NCBI GenBank assembly: GCA_040954595.2 | Contig: CM082577.2 | Location: 12,779,903-12,843,902, forward strand | Source: Balanoglossus misakiensis | Lineage: Eukaryota; Animalia; Hemichordata | Length of the DNA stretch: 64,000 nt | Reading direction: 5' to 3' | In this document: positions 24,501 to 35,700 of the stretch, piece by piece | Numbering within the stretch: position 1 is the stretch's first letter | Layout of the letters: every line of letters starts with the position of its first letter | Notes under the pieces: model-generated | What the model saw: only the letters and a program-made list of their open reading frames with translations | Told to the model about the DNA's origin: nothing | The model's database searches: none | Translations under genes and position numbers: made by a program

Positions 24501-26842
24501 TGGGATCATCCGGCGTGTCCTTCGCCGTGCTTGAGTGCTGTTTCATTTCATGCAAGCACAGATAGGCTAAGAGTACATTTTATTCATTGCAAGCTTCCAT
24601 CCTAATTCCTCTCGACTCACCTGGTTGAATTCAAGCCCCCCGGAGCTGCCAAATTTCACATATTTTATTCCACATTAAAATACTTCAAATATATTTCCTA
24701 CCTTTTAAAATCCTCATCATTAAGCCATATTATAGAATTTGCATCAGTTTGTCATCTCTCGGCGACGCATACCTCGATAGCTGCGGACTGTCTGTATGGA
24801 GGCTGATTAAATGCAGCGCCCGTTTACTATATAGCGTGTTCAAACTGCATCATGCAGCCACATTCGGGCGTCGATCAGATGTTGATGTGCCTACAATTAA
24901 GCTTATTTACAGATGGACCAATTTAATTGTAAGATAAAATCATGAAAATAATGCAAAAAGAGGCAGCTCCCAATTTTTCCAAGAAGGTGTTATGTGTTGT
25001 TCGATTCGTTACAGACGACATCGACGGGTTCAATGTCTGGGAATCCCTGTCTACGGGAGCCCAGTCTCCCCGCGAAGAGTTTCTAATTACAGTGGACGAA
25101 GACTTCCCGAATGTTGCCGAGGTGGCCGCTCTGAGGTATGGCAATCAACGGCCCAATATTGGCGTCCTTTCACAAATATGTCATTGTGTACTCACTAAAA
25201 AAACGTACGACAACGTCTTTTACTTACGCTATATTCTCTAATGCTTTACTGCGTAAGTAAAAGACGTCGCCGTGGTCTACATCTGATTTTAATCAGATCG
25301 TGAAAAAATTGAAACAAAAATTCGACCGCAGGTAAAAACATGGGCACATATAAGCCCACTGACGTTGAACATGATCAGTGTATCTCGTCTAAAGATTATA
25401 AGCCAGATAATTAAACCCAGGGAAGTAAGTCTAATAAGCAGTTGGCTTTGATTTTACGTGCATTTATAGTTTTCACATATTCGTAGACGGCTAGTGGTTG
25501 GGGGATATAGCGTCCACACAATTTTTGTCCACATAGAAACGCGGTGTTCAAGTGAGTCATGTTCCAATAAGTACCTTTTATGCAGTGGAATTCGGTATTT
25601 AAATCCTAGAACGGTTTATACAATAGATACCGTGATTGGAAGCTGATCGAAGGCTATCCGGCATCCGTCAACAATGAAATTTACTCCTGTAAGTATCCCC
25701 GAGCATCTCGCCCCCCCCCCCCCCCAAAGGAGCATATTTCTGGACGCGGTACTCATTAGCATGCGAATGGAACTAGAACATGTATAGGCAATGCAATTTT
25801 TCTGACAGTGTGTGTTTCGCTAAACCAAATCCATGCACCTCTGGCGACTTCTGAAAACAAATGGCGCTCGGACAAATGTAAGAGAAACCAGTCCGAGTTT
25901 GCGCTACCAATGAATATTACAGGACACTTTGTCATTATGATGTATATTAAACATGCACATGTCCACACATGTTGCACGCATAGGGTTTCTAAATCCATTC
26001 ATGGAAACGAAGAAATTAAGAGGATATTGGGAACAGCCCCTCTCATTCAAACGGTAGTAGCTTTGATTGGTCAAATCGTGCCATTACATGAAACAGAAAC
26101 CACCTTGGGGATTTTTATGCACATTTCAGCTGGCGTGAAAGTGATATGCCAAGTAGGCCTATAGGCAGCGGGGGAGTTGTGATCTGACGTATACTTGTTC
26201 TCCCCTGTCACACAGATATTCTCGACTGGCACAAGACTCGTTACCACGGACCTGAAGTCATTCCCACTCCGGAGAATATTACCAACACCACGTGGCTGTT
26301 CAATTTGCGAAGTGAGTTACTGACATGGTTTAACTCCCTACTGGCTGTAATTATTTGCTCTCGTTCTTTGCACAACCGCAGTTTTTTTGTGTCCCACTTT
26401 GTAGAAACATTATGAACAACTTGGTACAACTAGTAGGCTTACCGACACAGCACACAAACACACACACCCTAACACACAAACCAATGGTTCCAGAACATGC
26501 CTCTATATAGTATGACCATTGAAGGAGTAAAGTTTCAGCATTTCATCGTTTTCCGCTGCTGTAAATCTTACATCCTGCTTTTCGGATATCCCAAATCCAG
26601 GTGTTCCAACATGCGATAACAAGGTACACGTGCCCCCTCCCTCTAAATCTCTAATCGTTTGTTTTTCAGGCGACCCCTTCGAGATGCACAACTTGGTAGA
26701 CGAGGAACCCGTCATGGTCGAGTTCTTGCACGACAAACTGGAAGCATATCGAGCGACATCGGCCCCTGCCATCTGGCCGCCCGAAGAGCCGAACTGTGAC
26801 CCAGACCTCTACGGAGGCTTTTGGAGTGCCGGTTTCTGCTAG
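18549..26842 (+). CDS. Arylsulfatase B-like (ARSB/ARSI/ARSJ family) sulfatase, 16 coding exons, 516 aa
   Basis: Exons 18549-18606 (signal peptide), 19205-19297, 19567-19678, 19979-20030, 20500-20603, 20906-21021, 21144-21238, 21758-21859, 22457-22523, 22917-23014, 23424-23560, 23806-23870, 25015-25135, 25627-25688, 26216-26311 and 26670-26842 join in frame (1551 nt). Motifs: ADDLGWNDV, TPNL, CSPTRSALMTG (formylglycine CxPxR), VGKWHLG, SDNGG, NWPLRGNK, FEGG, WKLI, LFNL..DP.E..NL. AATAAA at 27001. Confidence 0.95.
23893..24377 (+). mobile_element. Non-autonomous hairpin-ended element (3' hairpin truncated) in an arylsulfatase intron
   Basis: Perfect 15-bp inverted repeat tattatattatatca (23893-23907) / tgatataatataata (24278-24292), followed by a partial palindrome homologous to 8915-8986. 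Confidence 0.65.
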
Positions 26843-27659
26843 AGTGCTTTAGAAGAAGCCGCGGAAATGTGATCAAAACGATTTATCACATTAATTAAAT
26901 TTCCATGCATCTTTATAGTTGATTATAGGATATTCATTCTATCAATTAATATCGTTTTGCCGGGAGGAAAAAGGCAAAAAAATAGGATACTGATGTAACT
27001 AATAAAATCAACATTAAATCATTACATTGAGTCGTCTTCGTTTCATAGCTTCTACTGTGTCGCTGAAGTAATTAACGGTGTACATAAACCATTGGTAAAT
27101 GCGGGAAAAAAAGTAGATCTTATTTTCAGATATTCCCATAGTCATACTTTTATTGTTGGCTACTCTAAAATTCCGAAAATAACAATAGTGTCACACTCTT
27201 CAAAAAGTGAGTTCGTGTTTTATGGGAATAGTGGAATTTTGACATTGTGAGTGCGTGAGAACAATGCGGGCAAGGTCGCTGGCAACTGTGTCATACGGAC
27301 GACATCTTGTAAGAGGGCTTCGAAAGTGCCATGGGGCTGAGGCTCGGCTTCTCCGTGCCCGACGCCGGCAACAAACTAAACCGCTGGAACAAGCTGACAA
27401 ATTTCAGAAAGAGCTCAATCTTGGCCAACGCCTCTTCCAACCATTCGCGACGTCCAGCGGAGAATGGAAGGAAGCTCTCCGGGCATGGGTACAGCCTTGT
27501 CGTTCCCGTCCAGAATTCGCTCTGCTTGCAAACGGACTTTGGGCGATCAGCAAATCTCCCATAATTCATCATTCCGTCTTTGAAGCAACACATCGGGTCA
27601 AACTACTGGCAAACAAAGCCAAGATGTATTAATAACACGTTCACTGCATTTTAAAATCA

Positions 27660-28090
27660 GGGCACATCTGTTAAAACCATAGACATTGTCCAGGTCTTTT
27701 AACAGTAAACAGTAAAACGCAGTATGGCGGAGAAAGTTACAGGCGTCCGTCAAAACTCATTGGCACACATGTACCATAAGGCAGTCGAAAGAAAGGCACG
27801 TAAAGATCCCGAACACCCTGTACACAGTTCATGTCAAAAATTCCCATCAGGGAGGCGGAATAGGGTTCCATTCGCAAAGAAAAAAAACAGTTTAGGAAAT
27901 CTTTTCTCCCAGCAGATGTATGTACTTTGAACTCAAGCTCAGCCCGACAATTTCACGTTTTGTGTGTGTGTGTGTGCGTGAACATGTATAGTGAAACATG
28001 TTATCTCTTGAAATATTATAATCAGAATAACAGGTTGGATTGCACCGAAAATTTCACTGCTTATGTTTTGGCGTTGCAAAAAATTATCAT
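27660..28090 (+). mobile_element. Rex1/Babar-like LINE 3' fragment (second copy ~47545-48100)
   Basis: AEKVTG...MYHKAVERKARKDPEHPVH...FPSGRRNRVP C-terminal motif, then a (TG)n-containing 3' UTR. Confidence 0.6.
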
Positions 28091-28990
28091 CGAGTTTATT
28101 TCGCAAGTACGCATTCAGAAAGCCTCCAGATTGGCAATTATTTTCTTTTCTTTCCAAGTCTCAATCTACTAGTATTTGCAATATAGGTAGGTTTGTACCA
28201 ACATGTGCGAACGTAGGGGCGTTTGCAATATACATTTGTATATCGAATTTTGTTTGCTTTTAGTGCTGGACAAGCAGGTGTTAAATTTAAAAATAAATGT
28301 CACCATTTGATATGGCTATATTTTCTCTCTTGTGTGGCAGTCTTCAGTAATTTTCTTCGCCAGGAAAAAATATCACACACCTTAAAAAAACCTAGAAAAA
28401 TCACCCTCACACGATGTAAAAATTACCTGACAAAATAACTCTAATGAGTTTTTGCTCAGCTAATTCCCCCCCACCTATATGTGGCAACCTTCGGATATTT
28501 TCGAGAGGAAATTTAAAATTCCTCAAGACTTCAGCACACGAGAGAAATTGGCCGAGCAATTGTGCTCCTCTGATTGACTTTTGCTCAGCCCTTCCTCTTG
28601 CGTTTGGTATGCGGCAGCATATTTCTGGGACTCTACTGGGGCTTTGTACCGGGGTTTTGAACCCCAGGCCGCGTCGTTGTAGGAACACCATAGCAGTGGG
28701 CAGTAGTGCGAGAAAATAATACATCACTTTAAAATTGAAAGTGTAGAATGCCAAACTAGGCCTGCACAAACGTTGTAAGTAGTCATCTTCCAAACGGCGG
28801 TTTTCCAACACCGTTTGGGGGATTATAACCAAAGTGTGAACGTCTTGGTCAACACACTGAACACGAAATTGTATAGAAAGATGCTGGTTGTTTATTGGAG
28901 TACAAATATCAGCCACACTTTGTTATTGTTATGTTAATCACTGTCTAGCGACAGAGTTTGTGCTGAGGGTTTTCCTCATGTTATTATTAA

Positions 28991-30703
28991 ACCCCGGTGC
29001 GGGGTATAAAAGGCCCCCCAAATCAGTAGCGAATCTTAATGCCGTTTGACTGACAGCAGACAACACCAACGATCTTGGCTCTATGAAAATCGGCCCAAAC
29101 AGGTCCAAGCATAAAGAATTACATCACAGAACGACAGTTGTTGGCTTTATAAACACACACAACATAAAGTTATCGACGAAAAAGTACACGAGCTTGTGAA
29201 ACAACGATGATTTTGGGAGAAATCTGGTTTCAGTGTTTTTCAGAACAATGGATCGCGTCCCTGGGAAACAATGGCCACGCCATTCAAACAGCTGTCAATC
29301 TTTCAGAGACGCGTAGAGGTGCGAAGAATTCAATTATTTGCAAAGTACATAAGATCAATTACACTATAAACAAAGAGTGTGTGCTTTGAGAGATCTTAGT
29401 TGATGCAAAACAACAGGCGTATGCGGAGCGAACAATCTAGTCGTAGCCGAAGTTATACTCGCGCGCGTGATACAACTGGTTGATTCAAACACACTGGGAA
29501 ATAAGACTTACCGGTGGAGAGCAGATATTTGGGAGAAATTAATGGATTCAGTTGGATTTTAGAATCGATCATATGTATATACATGTATGTACCAAAAAAA
29601 CCACTAATAATAATTGTATGTATATGCTGTTGTATCGTGTTTTCTTTTGTAAGAGATAAAATCAATTATCTGAATCGTGAAATACATATAGGCCCTTAGT
29701 ACAGCTTCGAAGAAACGAAACAATAGGAGTGTTCCTTCACTGACTTTCACCACGGTTGACAATCATATAAACGTGGTAAATTATGATTCCACTTACAGAA
29801 AACATAGTCACTCTACTTCTTCAACATGTACTAGTAATATCTATGAAAAACATAACCTGATACTGTACAGTCTCTCTAAAGCTTACTTTTCGAATGTTCG
29901 TGGATACATGTAGTCCTACGTATGGCGAGAGTGTCCGAGTAGCGACCACAGCGCACGCCATGCCAGTAGGACTTCGACTAATGACTCTCGGTTGCTGATC
30001 GTGAGATCATTCGTTGAACTTCAAGGCGCAAACTCGCATCACACTGTCGAAGACACGAGAAGGGCAACGATTACGGGAAATTGATTTACATCATTTTAGA
30101 AAAAATGGTTTTTAGTTTCCGCGAACCATTGCTGACCTGACTAGGGAGTATCGAATCCAGTCACGTGTTTGAGTGCAATCGTGACCTATCGAGCAATCTA
30201 ACACACACCGACTCACATTTGGTCCATTGTTCTGACATTACAATATCATTCGACAATTCGCACGGAGGACCGTGGACAACGATTCTGCTAGCCTATTTAT
30301 TAGTCTGTGGAAAATTTAAAATCCGCCAATACTTCAAGTTTTACTCTGTCACTGGATTTTACAGCTCGTCAAACCGATGTCTGGCCAGGCTGCAGTTTAT
30401 TGCAATTGCTTAGGAGGACTTCACCGACAACCCGCGAGAAAAGAACGTCGATTGCGCACTGCTGATCGCACTTCGTCGCTGAACAGTCGACTGCTAAAAA
30501 CTAACCGTCGCTCACGTTCCAAGACTTTCAGAGAAGTATTGCGATAAGCCCACCTGGTCAAACAGATTACGCGGATAAACTACCAACGCTCCCGACCGTT
30601 AGTTATACAGTCGTTAGGGACGACGACCACTCCCAATCACTCCCAAATAAACAACTATACAAACACACGTTAATCCGAACCCCAGGACTTTCCGCACCGG
30701 CCT
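28991..30703. mobile_element. TTAA-flanked non-autonomous DNA element (Kolobok-like), 1.7 kb
   Basis: ttaa|accccggtgcgg...ccgcaccggcct|ttaa. Absent from duplicate copy 2 (48974/48975). Confidence 0.6.
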
Positions 30704-30749
30704 TTAACATAAAAATGAAACAATGTTGGACCAACTGTCTGAAAGAAAC

Positions 30750-32103
30750 GGTTCAATGTCTGGGAATCCCTGTCTACGGGAGCCCAGTCTCCCCGCGAAG
30801 AGTTTCTAATTACAGTGGACGAAGACTTCCCGACTGTTGCCGAGGTGGCCGCTCTGAGGTATGGCAATCAACGGCCCAATATTGGCGTCCTTTCACAAAT
30901 ATGTCATTGTGTACTCACTAAAAAACGTACGGCAACGTCTTTTACTTACGCTATATTCTCCTATGCTTTACCGCGTAAGTAAAAGACGTCGCCGTGGTCT
31001 ACATCTGATTTTAATCAGATCGTGAAAAAATTGAAACAGAAATTTGACCGCAGGTAAAAACATGGGTACATATAAGCCCACTGACGTATAACTTCATACA
31101 AGATTTTGAACATGATCAGTGTATCTCGTCTAAAGATTATAAGCCAGATAATTAAACCCAGGGAAGTAAGTCTAATAAGCAGTTGGCTGTGATTTTACGT
31201 GCATTTATAGTTTTCACATATTCGTAGACGGCTTGTGGTTGGGAATATAGCGACAACACATGTTTTGTCCACATAGAAACGTGGTGTTCAAGTGAGTCAT
31301 TTTCCAATAAGTACCTTTTATGCAGTGGAATTTGGTATTTAAATCATAGAACGGTTTACACAATAGATACCGTGATTGGAAGCTGATCGAAGGCTATCCG
31401 GCATCCGTCAACAATGAAATTTACTCCTGTAAGTATCCCCGCGCATCTCGCCTCCCAAAAGGAGCATATTTCTGGACGCGGTACTCATTAGCATTCGAAT
31501 GGAACTAGAACATGTATAGGCAATGCAATTTTTCTGACAGTGTGTGTTTCGCTGAACCAAATCCATGCACCTCTGGCGACTTCTGAAAACAAATGGCGCT
31601 CGGACAAATGTAAGAGAAACCAGTCCGAGTTTGCGCTGCCAATGAATGTTACAGGTCACTTTGTCACTATGTATATTAAACATGCACATGTCCACACATG
31701 TCTCACGCATAGGGGTTTTAAATCCATTCATAAAACGAAGAAATTAAGAGGATATTGGGAACAGCCCCTCACATTCTCACGGTAGCTTTGATTGGTAAAA
31801 TCGCCTATAGGCAGCGGGGGAGTTGTGGTCTGACGTAAACTTGTTCTCTGTAACATAGATATTCTCGACTGGCACAAGACTCGTTACCACGGGCCTGAAG
31901 TCATTCCCACTCCGGAGAATATTACCAACACCACGCGGCTGTTCAATTTGCGAAGTGAGTTGCTGACATAGTTTAACTCCCTACTGGCTGTAATTATTTG
32001 CTCTCGTTCTTTGCACAACCGCAATTTCTGGTCCCACTTTTTAGAAACATCATGAAAAGCTTGGTACATTACTAGTAAGCTTACCGACACAGCACACAAA
32101 CAC
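30750..32103 (+). pseudogene. Duplicated fragment of the arylsulfatase gene (part of exon 13, exons 14-15 and introns)
   Basis: Near-identical to ~25027-26463. Starts mid-exon with no acceptor, and has W>R in the WLFNL motif. Confidence 0.92.
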
Positions 32104-32708
32104 ACTGAAACTATGAATTTGTTTGTACTTACCAAACCGTGACGTTGCTACAATGACAATATCAACTGTTACGTGAACTCATCAACATCTTATAGGTCAA
32201 ACCCAATTTGAAATGTTTAGGAAAACACACATCTAAGACAGTGGATACTTACTGATGAATAAGCGGAAGGTGTATTTTTTAGAAGGGGGTGGAGATATAT
32301 TTTGCAAGAGCCCGGAAGTAATTTTCATATGTAATGAGTGGGAACGCGCACGTGACAGGCTGCGAAACATTAAAAGTTAGGATATTGCACCACAGATCAA
32401 ACAGTAGACCTTTGGTCAATTGAGGTGTCGTTTCGAGAACCGGGTACACATCCACACAGTCACTTTCAGATAACAAGGTATGTAATGGCCCGGGCACCTT
32501 TCTGTTAAAAAGTATTTCTTCAGTTACAAAGTGCATGTTCCAATATCTCCTGTATACCTTTAATCATTTTCACATATGTACTTTCAAACAGAACTCCATC
32601 CAATTTCCTTAGCCCATAAAACGCATTTTAATTTATCATTGTGTAAGTAATTTTACTCACGTCAAATTTCTTTTCAGGTCTTTCTGTTCAGAACCAAATA
32701 ACCGCACG

Positions 32709-35700
32709 ATGAGGGCATTGGTGTTTGTGTTGGCGGTTGCAGTTGGCTTAAGAGAAACATCTGGTCAGTGTTAGCAAGTTTTATAATCATCATCTGGGTT
32801 AAGCAAATTCTGTTAGGACAGTCTCAGCCAGTTTCAGATTGGGGTGCGCCGCGGCATTTGTCAAGTCCGTGGTAAAACTAGTACAAAGAACTTTTGAAAA
32901 AATCCACAAGTTAGGCCTTAAAATTGAAACGTTTCTGGTCAGCGCGCGCACCACTTGAATATCAGCGCGTCACCCTTTTTTCCTGTTTTGCGGTGGCGGC
33001 CATGGCAAACTACGCACTGTTTCAACTAGCTATAAATCACTGGGCACTTTTGCGCTACGCTCGAACAGCCGGCCGGCCTCAAAGATCATTGACTAAAATG
33101 TTGCAATTGTTTTTATCAAGTGCTCAAAGGTTACATTGTGAGACCTAATCAAGATATGCAAATTAGGTAAAGACGCATTTTATTTTATACTGGGAAATTA
33201 GTTTCTAGGTTTGATTGAAAAATAACATTTCAAGGACAACATGAATTAGTTCTGCTACCAATTTTGCATGTCATTTCTATGGGTTTCAATAAAGCACGAG
33301 CAGGATCAGTTCGCATGATGAGTTTTTATTTTTTATCCAACATAAGATATTATGTTTCCATCCACTGTACACATACTTTGTTCAAAGAGTCCCACCATTA
33401 ACATCCCCTTCATGAATACAAGCACCCTGATAACATGATTCAGTAAAACAATATTGAGCACCAGTTACCGTAAAATGACCACCAACTTTATGATGAGGTG
33501 GTAAAAATGACCACCAAGATAAAAAGTTAATTTCGAGCCCTGGATACAATTAATTGTATTGATAAAACTATAAAACTGACCATCATTCCTCCTTTGAGGA
33601 AAAATAAAATAAAAAATGCGCGTTTCCGCACTATTTTTCAAAGACAGGCCTGATAAGAAAAACATTTCATTTTTGTCCTTATTCTTTTAGAACACATTGT
33701 TAATTCTACAAGTTTTGACTTTAATTTTAATTAAACATAATACGGCAACCTTTTTCCCTCTCGCGCATGTTTCTATTTGTGGGGAAGTAATTTGACGTGT
33801 CGTTACGTTGCCGAGCGTCGCTGTTATTAGACTGACAAAGACAAAACCAATCTTCATAACAACACGATCTCAACATTATTTTTGGCGAAGCGGGTGAAAA
33901 TGTCACGAACGCCGCAACAGTAAACATTCCCAACGTTCCCGCGTTTTCAGGCCAGACCAATTTAGCATTGGGAAAACCCGTCAGAGGTATAAGGCTGGAA
34001 CCCGGTACACTGGACACACTACCTTATCTCGTCGACGGTAATCCACAAACCTGTGCTGATTCTGGTCCATTGGTGGACCGACCAACATTTCAGATTGATT
34101 TGGGAAGTCAATATCTAATTGAAAGTGTCAACTTTGTGTTTCCGCAAGATTGCACAGACACTATGTCTGGGACAGGCTGTAAGTAGATGCTTTTATAATT
34201 AATAGTTCTTTTCATACGCTTAAAATACAAAAAAGAAAGTTAAATATTTTTATCTCAATGTTCGAATTTGACGAAAGCTGCAACTGATATCCATGTTTCC
34301 GAGTTCTGAATGTCTTAAACGACCAAGAGATATATCAGAAAGGGGTGTATATTCATAATTAATGCATATATATTTGTTTAATAATGTGCCTAATTAGACA
34401 GTAATATCCAACCAAATGATATGCAATATACCGCTTTCAACAGATTTCCAATTTGCCTATTTAAACACTGGCACGCTTTCTCCTAGACTCTCTCACAGCC
34501 CACGGTTCGCTACGCTCCCTCAACCGTTTGGCAAGGGAGAAGCACCGTTTGGTACATGCAATCAGCCCGTATGCCTGCATGGACGACAAGAGGGGCTGTG
34601 AGAGAGTCTAGCTTTGTCCGTAAGGGTATATTATCTTAACGTATGAAAACATTATGAATTTTGTGAAAACTAAAATGTCTACTTTTCTCAAAGGTTATAA
34701 TCACAACTTTGTTATCATGGTCGGTAATGAATTGGACGGCTCCGGGAAAGTCTGCGTAAGAAGGCAGAGTAATGCATTTGTACCAAGTGGTGAATTGCCG
34801 TTGGAGTGTACAGGGGGCGCTACCATAGGCAGATATGTAACTTTCATCAAAAAGAAAACCGACACCAAACGAGCAACTTACCTTTGTGAATTACAAGTCT
34901 TTGGACAAGGTAAGTATCAATGGACTTTCTTCCGGCTCTTCGCAGATTTGCCAGGTATTAATTTGTTTATCTCGATTTACATAAACTATTTAACATCAAC
35001 AAATAAAATAAAAAGCGGACAATGTAACCATAATTACGTTGGAAATATACCCACGTTTTTAGAAAAAAATTATCTGTGCTTAGGCTGCATTCACAAACAC
35101 CTCTGGAGGGGGGGGGGAGAATTCAATTTTTTTTACCGTTAATTTTCACATGCCCCCCTCAACAACCTGAAATATTTTCAAATCCCCCCCTTCCGAACTG
35201 CTAAAATTTTCAAATCCCCCCCCCCCATTTTCTTTCACACAGCAAAACACATCACCTATCTATCTTGTAAAAAAGAAAAACAGCGCTCCCATGAAAAGAA
35301 TTTGAAACTGATGTTTCCCCTTATCAGTGGGTATTGAAACTGCACATTGTTTTTATTTTTTAAGAATTTTGTATTCTGTCTTTGGAGACAGTGTAAACAG
35401 AGAAGTGAAGGGGGTGGGTGTCCCCCTCCCACGTAAGAAAATTTTATAAAATACAGAGTTCAAAACTGCATTTTAATGAACCCAAAAGCAAATTAACTGG
35501 ACAAATTTAACCTTGGGGGCTCAAAGTTAGCATGGGGGGGGGGCAAGTCCCCTGACCTGGGACACTAGATAAACCAGTCAATGATTTAAAGGTGTTGATG
35601 AATGACGGGGGTGGGGGTGGGAGGGGGTGTCCCCCTCCCACATGAGAAAAAATTGTATTATGAAGGGTTAAAAACTGCATTTTTGTGGACTCAAAATAAA

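Noticed and set aside
28407-28916. 169-aa minus-strand ORF (paralogue at 48498-48911)
   Set aside because: No recognisable motif, and the paralogue has indels near its 3' end. Similarity is explained by the recent duplication.
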